A DNA stretch of 63,085 bases, filler included, from Craspedostauros australis (taxonomy: Eukaryota): assembly GCA_030167865.1 (NCBI GenBank). It is 5 parts of 5 records of this genome, joined end to end, with 100 filler letters (N's around TTAATTAATTAA, not from the genome) between each part and the next. Parts side by side here need not be neighbours in the genome. Positions count along the whole stretch, not along the records: positions 1 to 22,826 come from JALAGF010003439.1; 4 more parts are not named here. One strand, 5' to 3'. A model generated the notes under the pieces. It was not told where the DNA came from. It did no database searches and was given only the letters and a program-made list of their open reading frames with translations. This document shows, piece by piece, positions 1-11,400 of this stretch. Numbering within the stretch: position 1 is the first letter of the stretch; every line of letters begins with the position of its first letter. The position numbers were made by a program, and so were the translations under genes.

Positions 1-1995
1 CGAAACCTCGTGGTCGGCGAGCACGCTCTGCACATGTCGGCAATGGCACCCGCCGCGATGTACCTCCAACTGGCGAACACATCGCTTCGGAAGTTGCGGG
101 GCGACCCGTGGCAGAACGACTACGATCTGACCTTGCGGCTGCTCCGTGCTCGATGTGACGTTGAGCTCGCGCTGAACCGATATGACCTTGGCTACTCCTT
201 GAGCGATGAGCTACTGGAGCATGCACGGTCGCTGGATGACAAGCTCCCGACATACGCAGCAGTGGCGAATGCTCTCGGAAAGCAGAACGACCCCAAAAGG
301 AGCTTGGAGCTGAATCAACGCTGCGCGTCGTTGTGTGGGGCACACCCCAAGCGCGCCTACGCCTTCCACATTGCACTGGGGTTGGTATCTGCACGAGTCT
401 ACTTTCGACGCACGAGTGATGAAGACTTCTTTCGGCAGAATCCCGTGACCACGTCCCCACGGGTAATTCTATCGATGGTGTTTTTGCGGCAAGCCACTAT
501 TCGTGGATTCGAATGCAACGATGCGACAGCATGGATCCTTGCAACGGTGAAGATGGTCCATATCACAAGACAGCACGGAATTTGCGAAGAGACTTCCACT
601 GCTCTCACCTGCTTTGCTTTGCTCCATCAAGTTCTCGGTGACACCGAAAATGCACGAAGGTACACAGAGCTGGCAAAAGAAGTCCTTCGCAGGATAGGTG
701 GAGACAAAAAGAGGGAAGGCTGGACGCACTATATCGCCACAACGCACGTCGACGCTTACTTCAAGCCATCCCAGGAGGTGGCACAAGCATTTCACTTTGC
801 TCATGAGGCAGCCATGAGGGTAGGAGACTTCGAGCTTGGTTTTTTATCCTGGCATGGTTTCTTGGTGAATGCATTCTTTGGAGGATATCCACTTGACGCG
901 CTGGCTTCAGCTGCAGCCTCATTGTTGGAACAAATGAAGCGATACAAAATTGCCGCGCACAGAGGTATGATCGTTGAAGTTAGCAAAGCGTACGGATACA
1001 TGAGCGGCACCCTTCCTCTGGATTGGGAGGAGCTGATGGATCTCGACAAATGTGACGACTTGGAACCATATGCTCGCATTGCCACATATTGGACAAGACT
1101 CCACGCTATGGTATTCTTTGGCAAGTATGAATGCGCAGAAAGAGTCTACACTTTGTGGAAAAAGTACGGCATGGATCAGCCCAGCTATGATTTGGCAACA
1201 GCAACACCAGTACTGAGTGGTATGCTGGCTTCGAACCGATACAGACAAACGAAAAAGACAAGATACCTCAGGATACTTTCACAGAACAAGCGAAAGCTCA
1301 AACACATTTGCAAAACCAAAGGCAACAGCGCATATCATCGGTACTTGATTCTTCGGGCAGAGACGAAATCAATCAGGGTGGGAACGGCTGACCACCATGC
1401 TGTTGCATCATGCTACGATGAGGCCATCGCCCGGGCCGACGCTGAGAACAACCTTCAGGAGGCAGGGTATGCGTGTGAACTTGCGGGCAACCACTTTCTG
1501 GGAGTAGGCAGCGACTCCCAAGAGAATCACGACGCATATATTCGTCAATACTTCACGAAGGCGTTGGGCTTCTACGAGTCCTGTTGCGCGACAGCCAAGT
1601 GCACAGATGTCCGTGCAAGGCATGCGGCATTGATCGATGAGGACGAGGTGCTCAAAGCCAAGCAAAAGAGAAGCGCTGTCGGCCAAGCAAGGACCATGTC
1701 ATTCGGAGATCAGCCGTCTCAGCCGGAACAACACCAATCGAGTGCAAGTGGCGACCTGGCATCGGTGAGTACTCCGGTGCATAGAAGCATGGTGTGCCAG
1801 GCTCTCTCGGGTATCGCGTCAGACGCGAGTCCTATAAGATCACCGGTCGCAGAAAGGGGAGTGCTGCAGAATCGTGGAAACAGCGACGGAAGTAGACGCA
1901 TGTCCGCAAGCCCAAGCATGAACGATATGCCAGTCAAGATCGACGTGACTGACAACAATGATGATGGAATGGTGGTGGCAGCAGATAGACGCTGA
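1..1995 (+). CDS. C-terminal part (helical/TPR-like region) of a COG3899-type STAND/AAA ATPase; 5'-truncated by the window edge; tandem paralog of 3892..8133
   Basis: The frame is open from base 1. Position 1 onward (CGAAACCTCGTGGTCGGCGAGCAC) aligns with ~6187 onward in the downstream gene. The proteins are collinear (NLVVGEHALHMSAMAPAA...GDFELGFL...YHRYLILRAE...LQEAGY.CELAG) until the disordered tail. Confidence 0.85.
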   Translation, partial: RNLVVGEHALHMSAMAPAAMYLQLANTSLRKLRGDPWQNDYDLTLRLLRARCDVELALNRYDLGYSLSDELLEHARSLDDKLPTYAAVANALGKQNDPKRSLELNQRCASLCGAHPKRAYAFHIALGLVSARVYFRRTSDEDFFRQNPVTTSPRVILSMVFLRQATIRGFECNDATAWILATVKMVHITRQHGICEETSTALTCFALLHQVLGDTENARRYTELAKEVLRRIGGDKKREGWTHYIATTHVDAYFKPSQEVAQAFHFAHEAAMRVGDFELGFLSWHGFLVNAFFGGYPLDALASAAASLLEQMKRYKIAAHRGMIVEVSKAYGYMSGTLPLDWEELMDLDKCDDLEPYARIATYWTRLHAMVFFGKYECAERVYTLWKKYGMDQPSYDLATATPVLSGMLASNRYRQTKKTRYLRILSQNKRKLKHICKTKGNSAYHRYLILRAETKSIRVGTADHHAVASCYDEAIARADAENNLQEAGYACELAGNHFLGVGSDSQENHDAYIRQYFTKALGFYESCCATAKCTDVRARHAALIDEDEVLKAKQKRSAVGQARTMSFGDQPSQPEQHQSSASGDLASVSTPVHRSMVCQALSGIASDASPIRSPVAERGVLQNRGNSDGSRRMSASPSMNDMPVKIDVTDNNDDGMVVAADRR

Positions 1996-3891
1996 GTCAT
2001 ATCTAACTGCCGGTGGACAATGGCAAGGAGCCGAGCTGCTCCAACTTGATGTTGGGTGTGAAGTAAAGCATCACGCGGCAGTAGTGGTGATCGTGATCGC
2101 GGTGACAGTACAACGAGTCTAGAATCTAGCCTCCTATGTGTAATTTTGTTTGTGTGTTTTTGGAAATATCGTCATTTTGGCCCACAAAATACTTGATTCT
2201 GTCCCAACTTTTCTCGAATGGAGGAATCGCATGGAAAATGATGAAACACCAGAATTCTCTTTTCTCTCGTAGATTTTGATTGTGGACAATTTCAAACAAA
2301 ACTAGAGGAAAGCATAATATTCTACTCTACGACCACTTACGTAACTCCCATGCCTCAAGTCCTTGTTTCGCCAATAGACACCATCTCGTTTCTCCTCGGT
2401 TGGATCCAAAGTACTTATGAACTTCCCAACCCGCTCTGTGTTGGACAGGCAAATGGCGAAAGACGGATCGAGAGATGGATCTGGGAGTTATCTTTTGAGG
2501 AAATTCACCAACCAGAATATCCGCGTCGTGGTCGTGCTCTACGAAACGCCACCACGCCTCTTGTGGGTTGATCATTGCAACCATTCACAACCAGCGGTAT
2601 GGCCATCGAAGCCGTCCCGGGGCAATCCATCCACCCATCTGCTTCTAACATTAATTTCAGTGGAGTGTTCGATTCGAAGAGAAGCTCTTTGAGCCATTTC
2701 CATACATGCGAATAGAACACAGGCAGTTTGCCAACTGGTCCAGAGTCGCCAAGCAACAACCAAACGTCGGCTGATTGACCTAGTCTTTCAAGAGTATGAG
2801 CCAGGAGCGGGTGGTCCTGGGAATTCTCTTGTCACAATCATCCGTCGCATCAACATGCTGTGATGACGACATCCCGCCCTGACACGAAGTGCATCGTCGG
2901 CCATCCCGATCCGCGACTCTTCATGTTTGGCGAAAGTAAACGTACTACTATACTTGCTTTGGCCACTATTGGTGGAGGATTATACTCCAAAGGCAAATAG
3001 TATCATACCATTGCGCTCCATGTCATTCCAGACACCTGTGCGATTGATGCGTCCCACTGCGAGCCGCAATTCTGCGACGAAGAGGCTGGAGCGAGATAGA
3101 GTCTGAACGATCATTCCCACGTCAGGGAAGATCGACACACCGTTCTGTTTCACCAACACTCACGAACCTGGTTGCAGAGATATTATGAGCAGACAGAGTT
3201 TGCGCAGCATGTGGTGCATTGTTGTGTATCGACTGAAAGGTCTCTGTGGCGCCTATTTGTACCAGGAGAGTACTTTACTGTACCTAACGATTAAACGACC
3301 TCCGTTCTAGCGCAGTGTCAATTTCTCAGCGCGACGGCTTCTCGCCTTACTGGTATCTCAAATGTTACCTTGGCATCTACTTGGTCTGATTTCGTCCGAC
3401 AAAGGCCGTTTGCTCTCGATTCGCGCCAATACCGACTTGGTATGGACTTCCCGCTTCAAACAGAAGGGTTCTCTTCCGATTTTTTGCGTTCCTTGGCGTT
3501 CCCGAATGCAGCGATAACATGCCCTGCACATTATTGTGCCTTTCTACGGAACAGGAAAGCGCCCATTGTTTTGGTCACAGGCGAATAAACAGCACACGGA
3601 ATAGAGTAAATGTTAGACCCACGTGGAGCGAGGGAGCAGGTGAAGCGCGTTTTCCGATCACACAAGTACACAATGTGCGTTAACGGTAAAGGCCACGAAC
3701 ACTGCGCCAGTCCGAAGGAACAAGACCAGTCGCTGACAACGTCACAGCCACCCTTCTGTTTCTGTTCCATTATTTTGTTGCGAACTGCGCATTCATTCGA
3801 ACCAACAACAGTGACGTCGCAAGTCGCCCCTTTCAATTGTGTCATCGCCAATGCAAACAAAACCCATCATCACACAAACACTCGCCACAAC

Positions 3892-6800
3892 ATGCACAAC
3901 AACATCACCATGAATGACAAAGTCGCCATGAACGGCACCATCAACAGCAGGGGAACGGATGGCTATGGCGCAACATCATCGACGCAATCATTCAAATCAT
4001 CAACACCGTATGCCTCGATCATGGCGACCGGCACCACCGTTTCCAACGCTTCCTACAGATCTGCTCGTTCTGCTTTCTCCAAGGAATCGACACAGAGCAA
4101 ATCTGTATCGTTCGATCACAAGCCATCATCACCAGCACCAATCCAACCGTCATCCATCAGACCATCGTCCGTCCTCCATGACACCGTCCTCACCTCCGGC
4201 AACGACTTCTACGATGACGGATACAACGAAGTTGAGCTGGACACGGAAGTTCCGCACACTCTCTTTGATGGTGGCGGTGCAACGGTGTTCGGTCGTGACA
4301 AAGAACTCGAGACACTGCGCGCCGCCTTTGATCAGATGGCAGTGGCTGGAAAGACAGCCAGAAGAGGCAGAAAAGCCAAGACCACAGCATCGGAGGAGTC
4401 GGTGCCTGAACCAGCGCCCGCTGGAAAAACATTGCTGCCAGCTGTGTTCGTGTGGGGTATCAGCGGCACAGGAAAGTCCAAGCTGGTCGATACCTTCTGC
4501 AATCAGTTGCGTGACGATCTCGAGAAGGAGAACAGGAGGAGGCACAGAAAGAAAAAGAGCACGAAGGTCATCGCGCATCGTGACGTGCACATCCTGAAGG
4601 GCAAGTTCGAAAAACATCAACAGGGCGATCCCTTCTCTGCCATCACCCAGGCGCTCTCGAACTGGTGCAAGCAACTGGCTTCTGACAACAAGCCCTCAGG
4701 AGCTACAGTGAAAGACTCAATTCCAACACCACCGACGTCAACATCATCGCTGTCACTGCCAAACGGTTCCAACCACGTCGATGCGAAGAAGAACGAAGAA
4801 GGGACCAAGGAGAGCACAACCACAGTCAACCCTCTCCTGCAACAACTTCGAACCAACATCAAGTCCAGCCTCCTCACGTCCCAACAAAGAAGCCTACTCC
4901 TCACCTTCGTGCCATCATTGTCCATCCTCTTCAGCGATGGTGGCAGTGACAACGCTTCCCTAACCTCGCAACAAGCCAATGCCAGCCCTGGTGCACAATC
5001 CAATGCGCCGCAGGTTTCAGCCACGAATACATCATGGAATCGATTTCAATACACTTTCACACAGTTCTTGAGTGCCGTGTCATCGAAGGATTGCCCAGTC
5101 GTGATGGTGCTGGATGACTTGCAATGGGCATCGCAAGAGTGCATGGAGCTGATGTCGTCAATTGTACATCGCTCGCACTTTTTGTGGATCGGGACCATCC
5201 GACAGGAAGTCAATCCTCATTCACCAGATGAAGTACTGGAATTGGAAGTTGACGTGCCGTTCCGCAAGCTCTTGGCCGACATCAACTTGAACAACCCTGC
5301 CAACAACAACACCGACAACAGCAATGGAGTCATCGACAAAGCAACAATGATGCCTCCATACACCGACATACACCTCAACAACTTCGACAAGCAACAGCTG
5401 CGTGACTGGGTATCGGAGCTGTTCCAACAAGACGACGACGTTGTGGATGAGGCGACCAATCTGCTTTTCAGACAAACAGATGGTAACATCTTCCACACAG
5501 TCCAGCTTCTAGAAGACATGGAGCGAAGTCAGGTGTTGGTGTACAGTCGTATCACCTTCCAGTGGGAGATGAATACTGCCGCTGGTGCCTCTTCCAACGC
5601 CCAGGGTGGCACCGACAATGGTGGTTCTGCGGTGGAGTATGGAGGCTACGGCGGATCCAGCAACATCATCCAGCTCATCTCCTCGAAGCTTCGGTCCTTG
5701 CCCACCCAGTTGCAAAAGGCACTCGTGCTGGCATCGTACATCCGATCTTCGTTCGAGTTGGAGCTGTTGCAAGTCGTGTGGGACCGTGAACAGCAACACA
5801 ACCCCACCAATGATGACATTCTCGGTGGAAATCGCAATGGCAACGGCAGCCCCCGCGGCAGTGCCAACAAGAAGCTCGTGGATTGGTTGGAGCAGGCTGT
5901 CCTCGAAGGACTGCTCGCCAACTCCATCGGAGGCACAAGCTACCGTTTCACCCACGATCGCATCCAACAGGCTTCACGCGAGCTGGTCCCATTCGGGGAA
6001 GTGCAAACGATGCTTCGCTTGCGCATCGGCGAATGTCTGTGGAATGTCTGCAGAGGCAACACAAGCGGGCATTCGACGAACAAGGCATCGAATGACAAGG
6101 CAGTCAGTGACGACAACGGCCTGCTCTTCGTCGCGGCCGACCATCTCAATTGCACTCCAAGTAAGGATCACATGTCATCGACACAGCGAAACCTCGTGGT
6201 CGGCGAGCACGCCCTGCATATGTCGGCAATGGCACCCGCCGCAACATACCTCCAATTGGCGAACACATCTCTTCGCAAGGTGCGCGGCGACGCCTGGCAG
6301 GACCACTACGATCTGACCTTGCGGCTGCTCCGTGCTCGATGCGACGTTGAGCTCTCGCTGAATCACTTTGATTTAGGCTACTCCTTGAGCGATGAGCTCA
6401 TTGACCATGCACGGTCGCTGAACGACAAGCTCCCGACGTACGCGGTAGTGGCCAATGCCCTCGGGAAACAGAACGAGTACCGCAAGAGCTTGAAGCTAAA
6501 TCAACGCTGCGCATCATTGTGTGGCGCTTATCCCAAGCGCGCGTACGCCTTCCATACCGCGCGGGAGCTACTCACGGCGCGAGCCTACTTTCGACGCACG
6601 ACCAACAAGGAATTCTTCCAGCAGAATCCTGTGACCACAGATCCGCAGGTGATCTTGCCCATGTTGTTCTTGCGGCAAGCCGTCATCCGAGGATTCGAGT
6701 GCACGGATGCCATCGCGTGGATTCTTGCAACAGTGAGGATGATCCACATCACAAGGCAGAAAGGTATTTGCGAAGAGTCTTCCGTCGCGCTCATCTGCTT

Positions 6801-8133
6801 TGCTCTGCTGCACCAGGTGCTTGGTGATTCCGAAAATGCACGACGGTACACGGAACTGGCAAAGGAGACGCTTCAAAAGATGGGCGGTGACAAGAAGCGG
6901 GAAGGTTGGGTTTTCTTCGTCGCCACATCCTACGTCAACGCCTACTTCAAGCCATCCCACGAGGTGGCACACGCATACCAGTTCGCGTACGAGTCCGCCA
7001 TGGCCGCGGGAGACTTCGAGCTCGGTTTCTTGTTGTGGAACGATTTCTTGGTACATGCATTCTTCGAAGGATATCCCGTGAATACGCTGGTGCCAGCAGC
7101 AAACTCCTTGCTGGAGAAAATGAAGCTCTACAAGATCACTGCCCACAGAGGCATGTTCGTTGAGATCAGCAAAGCGTACGCATACATGAGCGGCGCTCTC
7201 GATTTGGATTGGGAGGAGCTGACAGATCTCGCCAAGTGCGACGCAATGGAACCCTTCGTCCGTGGTGCCAGGTGTTGGGCAAGATTCCATGTGACGGTGT
7301 ACTTCGGCAAGTACGAATACGCCGAAAGAGTGTACACCTTGCTGAAGAAGTACGGCATGGATGACCCCAGCTACTCGTTCGCAACATCGATGGCCACGCT
7401 CAGCGGCATGATGGCTTCGAACCTGTACAGGCAAACGAAAAAGAGAAAATACCTCAGGATCCTCGCACAAAGCAAACGAAAGCTGAAGCACATGTGCGAA
7501 ACCAAGGGCAACAACGGCTACCACCGATACTTGATTCTCCGAGCGGAGACGAAATCGATCAAGGTGGGAACAGTTGACCACGATGTTGTCGCATCGTACT
7601 ACGGTGAGGCCATCGACCGAGCCGATGCTGGAAATCACCTCCAGGAGGCAGGGTATGTCTGCGAGCTGGCGGGTAACCACTTCCTCCGAGCAGCCAGCAC
7701 CTCTGAAGAGAATCACGACGCGCGTATCCGTCAGTACTTCACGCAGGCGTTGGGTCTCTACGAGTCGTGTGGCGCAGCAGCTAAGTGCGCGGATTTCCGT
7801 GCCATGCATGCGGCGTTCATCGATGAGGAGGAGGTGAGCGCAGCCAAGCAGAAGAGGAGCGCTATCGTCGAAGCGAGGACCGTTTCATTCGGCGAGCACG
7901 CCGGACAAAGCTCGAGCGCAAGTGGCGACTTGGCATCGGTGCGTACTCCAATGAGTCGGGACACTATGTCCCATACTCTTTCGCACATGGTGTCAGGAGC
8001 AACTACCGCCAAGTCATTTGGGGCAGGAGGATCGATAATGGAGGAGCGTACGACCGGCGGCCGAAGTAGAGTCACGAGCGCACACCAAAGCATCGAGGAT
8101 GACGACCTGTCGGTCTTGACTGACATGAGTTAA
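3892..8133 (+). CDS. STAND-class P-loop ATPase (AAA_16 / COG3899-like) with C-terminal helical repeat region
   Basis: Motifs: FGRDKEL, Walker A GISGTGKS, KGKF..PFSAI, Walker B VMVLDDLQWA, TDGNIFH (GxP-like), YRFTHDRIQQA, FVAADHLN. ATG 3892 follows a CA-rich leader and is preferred to 3610. Confidence 0.88.
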   Translation: MHNNITMNDKVAMNGTINSRGTDGYGATSSTQSFKSSTPYASIMATGTTVSNASYRSARSAFSKESTQSKSVSFDHKPSSPAPIQPSSIRPSSVLHDTVLTSGNDFYDDGYNEVELDTEVPHTLFDGGGATVFGRDKELETLRAAFDQMAVAGKTARRGRKAKTTASEESVPEPAPAGKTLLPAVFVWGISGTGKSKLVDTFCNQLRDDLEKENRRRHRKKKSTKVIAHRDVHILKGKFEKHQQGDPFSAITQALSNWCKQLASDNKPSGATVKDSIPTPPTSTSSLSLPNGSNHVDAKKNEEGTKESTTTVNPLLQQLRTNIKSSLLTSQQRSLLLTFVPSLSILFSDGGSDNASLTSQQANASPGAQSNAPQVSATNTSWNRFQYTFTQFLSAVSSKDCPVVMVLDDLQWASQECMELMSSIVHRSHFLWIGTIRQEVNPHSPDEVLELEVDVPFRKLLADINLNNPANNNTDNSNGVIDKATMMPPYTDIHLNNFDKQQLRDWVSELFQQDDDVVDEATNLLFRQTDGNIFHTVQLLEDMERSQVLVYSRITFQWEMNTAAGASSNAQGGTDNGGSAVEYGGYGGSSNIIQLISSKLRSLPTQLQKALVLASYIRSSFELELLQVVWDREQQHNPTNDDILGGNRNGNGSPRGSANKKLVDWLEQAVLEGLLANSIGGTSYRFTHDRIQQASRELVPFGEVQTMLRLRIGECLWNVCRGNTSGHSTNKASNDKAVSDDNGLLFVAADHLNCTPSKDHMSSTQRNLVVGEHALHMSAMAPAATYLQLANTSLRKVRGDAWQDHYDLTLRLLRARCDVELSLNHFDLGYSLSDELIDHARSLNDKLPTYAVVANALGKQNEYRKSLKLNQRCASLCGAYPKRAYAFHTARELLTARAYFRRTTNKEFFQQNPVTTDPQVILPMLFLRQAVIRGFECTDAIAWILATVRMIHITRQKGICEESSVALICFALLHQVLGDSENARRYTELAKETLQKMGGDKKREGWVFFVATSYVNAYFKPSHEVAHAYQFAYESAMAAGDFELGFLLWNDFLVHAFFEGYPVNTLVPAANSLLEKMKLYKITAHRGMFVEISKAYAYMSGALDLDWEELTDLAKCDAMEPFVRGARCWARFHVTVYFGKYEYAERVYTLLKKYGMDDPSYSFATSMATLSGMMASNLYRQTKKRKYLRILAQSKRKLKHMCETKGNNGYHRYLILRAETKSIKVGTVDHDVVASYYGEAIDRADAGNHLQEAGYVCELAGNHFLRAASTSEENHDARIRQYFTQALGLYESCGAAAKCADFRAMHAAFIDEEEVSAAKQKRSAIVEARTVSFGEHAGQSSSASGDLASVRTPMSRDTMSHTLSHMVSGATTAKSFGAGGSIMEERTTGGRSRVTSAHQSIEDDDLSVLTDMS

Positions 8134-8469
8134 GACTTTGACAGCAAGGCGATAAACACTCTGCTTGGAGCAAAGGTGAGAGACGTTCCCACGCTGTGAC
8201 AAAGAACATAGAGCGACATATATATAACCCTCTGACGAGTACAATACATTAATATGCATATTCTTTGCATTCACCGTTGGCGACTTTTATCTTCGCGATG
8301 CATGATGCTGATGCTGATGTTAATGTTGATGTTAATGTGATAGGTTTGAACAGGCAATTGCCAGACCTCTGGCATGGTTTGGATTGGTGCAGTGTTGGTA
8401 CTTTTCTGGTACACATGCGAGTGCATCGAATGCGATCTGTAGGATCGCACCATACTAATATCAATGGTT

Positions 8470-11400
8470 CTACACGCTGCCATTGCCGACCTTCGCCATG
8501 CAAACAACCTGTAACAAGGTTGCTGGCTCAATAAGATTGAATCCATCAAGTTCGATGTCAACAGTTATCGCAGCATCTGTCTCTTTTCCAATATCCCACA
8601 AAGGAGCGATCAGTTGGTGGAAAACGGTCGTTCCGGGCAGCTGGACCATGTCTTCTGTGTCGTTGCTGTCAAGAACGGGGAGAAGTTGGCGGCGCGTATC
8701 ACCCAAACGGAGCATAGTCTCGTCAAGCATTCCACAATCCATGAGGCAAGGGTGGAAGATGGAGGCGGTTGGATACAAAAGAACTGCCCCAACATCTTGG
8801 TTGAGATGCACCTCCACCTCAACAACTAGTTGCAGGTCCATCGACGTCAAATGATAGCCACAATCTCGCACTGCCAGTTGAATTCCATCCGCGTCAATTT
8901 GCTTGAGCTGTGTCGTCAGAGGTGAAAAGTCGCTGCGAGAGCCATTGCTTGGATCTGCGAGCCAGTACCACTGTTTGAAGTAGGCGTTGCGCATTTTGGA
9001 ATCACCACTCTCGGATGTGTGCGGCTGTTCTTCGACATCGAGTGCCAAGAAGCACACCGAAGAACAGTTGGATGGCCAAGCGATCCTTCCCCCCGGGATT
9101 CGTCTTGCAGTCATAGCAGAACTTGTGCTGCCATCCTCAAGGAGAAATGGTCCACGAGTGACTGCTTCGCCGTCCAGATTGTACCATGCGTACTCCAACA
9201 GTAGTTGCAAGCTTTTTCTAGCTCGATGCCTCGGTCCCGTGGCTACACGTCGATCAATGACTTTGAGCTCCCAAGTCTTCATATCCAGCAGAACTGACAA
9301 TGGCCTCTGCAGCGCTGCCTTGATGCCACGAAGCATCCCGTTGGATTCCAAGTACGAATCGTACATGAACCCTCGCATGGATGGCCACGGAGATTGTGTC
9401 TTCCATATGATTACCGCTGTTGTGTATTGCAACATGTGGCTGAGAAATCCATTTATCAAATGCTGGTATTGAGTGTACGCGGCAAGTTGTGATGCTGCGC
9501 ACCACTGTCTTGGCGTGAGTCTGGTGCCATTGATGTGCATCGCTGGTGGGTAGTGGTAGGCGTAGACATGATCATACAGATCATGGCCATTGCCTGCCTC
9601 TTGTGTCGTCCACGATTCGTAGTTGTGATACGACCACGCGCCAGTCGCTGGCTGGTTCGCCCCGCTGGGCATGCCGCCTTCAATTTCCTCTTCTGTCAGG
9701 AAGCGGTTCAGTCCTCGGTACGTTGGAAAGCTCGCGCTTCCAACTTCTGGCTGAAAACCAATTCGGACCTGCTTCCATCGTCGTTCGTCTGGGGCATCGA
9801 ACAAACCTGGATTCCTCTCATAGAAGGTTTGCGGAAAGAGCATACCATACGGTCCATCGGCAAATGCGAGGCTGAAACTGCGATCGAACCAAAGAGCCGA
9901 GTCTGCTTTGGATGTGTCAGCCTTGTTCCTGCCGCCCATGGATGACGGGATGTAGAATCGACCAGGATCTCGGTTTTGGAGTATGGTTCGAATGCCTGCG
10001 TCAATGCCCGCAGGTGGATTGGAGATGGATGATGCGCCCAAGCATTCGTTGCAACCGCCGTAAAAGAGCAAGCTCGCATGACCCCTCAAGCGCATCACAG
10101 TATCTTCGACATTGTCCAGATAAACCTTGTGATTCGATGGCCAGGAGTAATTGCCTGCCCACCGACCGTTGTTGTCGCCCGTCATCCAAAACTCCTGGAA
10201 GATCAGGATCCCCAATCGATCTGCACAATCATAGAACGGATCAGTCTCTGCGACGCCTCCACCCCACACACGCACCAAGTTCAGTCCGGCATGTCGGTGC
10301 AAGCGGAGTTCATTACAGTACCTGCTACGTGATGCAGAGTACCGAAAAGTTGCATCGGTCGTTATCCAGTTTCCACCCAGAATGTAGAGCTTCTCGCCGT
10401 TGATCAGAAACTGCTGACCTTGTGTGTGTTGGTCCACAAACGTCTCGATCGTGCGCAGTCCAACTTGAATTGTTCTGGTATCGGAAAGGGTTTGCTCGTC
10501 GTGTATTAGTACCTGTCCGTGTACCTGTATGTTTACGTTTGCATTTGCGTTGACGGCGGCATCATCTGCGTTCGATTCCGCGGTACTTCGCGGGCCTTGT
10601 CCTGAGGCTTTATCTGCATTATGCTGGGGGTGGTGCCTCATGTGGAACGAGAAATCGAAGCTATGCAGACTGGGGCCAGGCGACATATCATGTGGCCACC
10701 ACAGCTTGATTCTTTTCGAAGCGACTTCTTCGATGTGCACCGGGTGGGTCACATCAATGATGTACAGTCCTGGATGGTCGCACGCGATCGCTGCGGACAT
10801 GTTGACTTCGACCGACCAATGCTCGCCCCAATCTGATGAAACGACAAGGTCTCCCAGTACGGATGCTGAGTCGAATTGGTCGTTGTCTGGTGCCGAACCG
10901 TCCGGGATCAGCACCTCCAGTCGCAACAACAGCTGAATGTTCATGGCATCGTTGGCCTTGTCGATCTTCAGCGTTTGGACACATGGATCGAGGATCGCAA
11001 CGATTCCCGACGTATGCAATTTGATGGGTCCATAGAACCCTGTGGATCTATCCGGCATCGGTTGAATCCAATCCCATCCTTGCACGAATTGTGGAACGGG
11101 TCCATCCTGCGCCATGGAATGGTCGCCACCCTGTCCTCTCATACGATTCCGACTGTTGGACGACTTCCCGGGGTGCAGCGGCGGTTCGACTTGTACTGAG
11201 AAGGTTCCACCTTGTGTGACATCGTACGTACGACGACGAAACATTCCATCGATGATGGTCGGTGATGTGGCATGCTGCACGCTTCGCACAAGCGGTATCA
11301 ATGCATCGCCATCCAACGTTGCCGAGGACCTGTAGTGGATGCCGGCTATGCGAAGCGTTTGGCGCAAGTTGCTGCGTGTCAGCGTTTGCGTGTCCAAAGC

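Noticed and set aside
1996..3890. Short ORFs between the tandem ATPases as a pseudogene or partner gene
   Set aside because: No recognisable motifs, and all frames are interrupted by stops.
6568..7809. 413-aa antisense ORF (similarly 12482..13612 and 60481..61581)
   Set aside because: These are shadow ORFs opposite well-supported genes, explained by codon bias, and carry no motifs.
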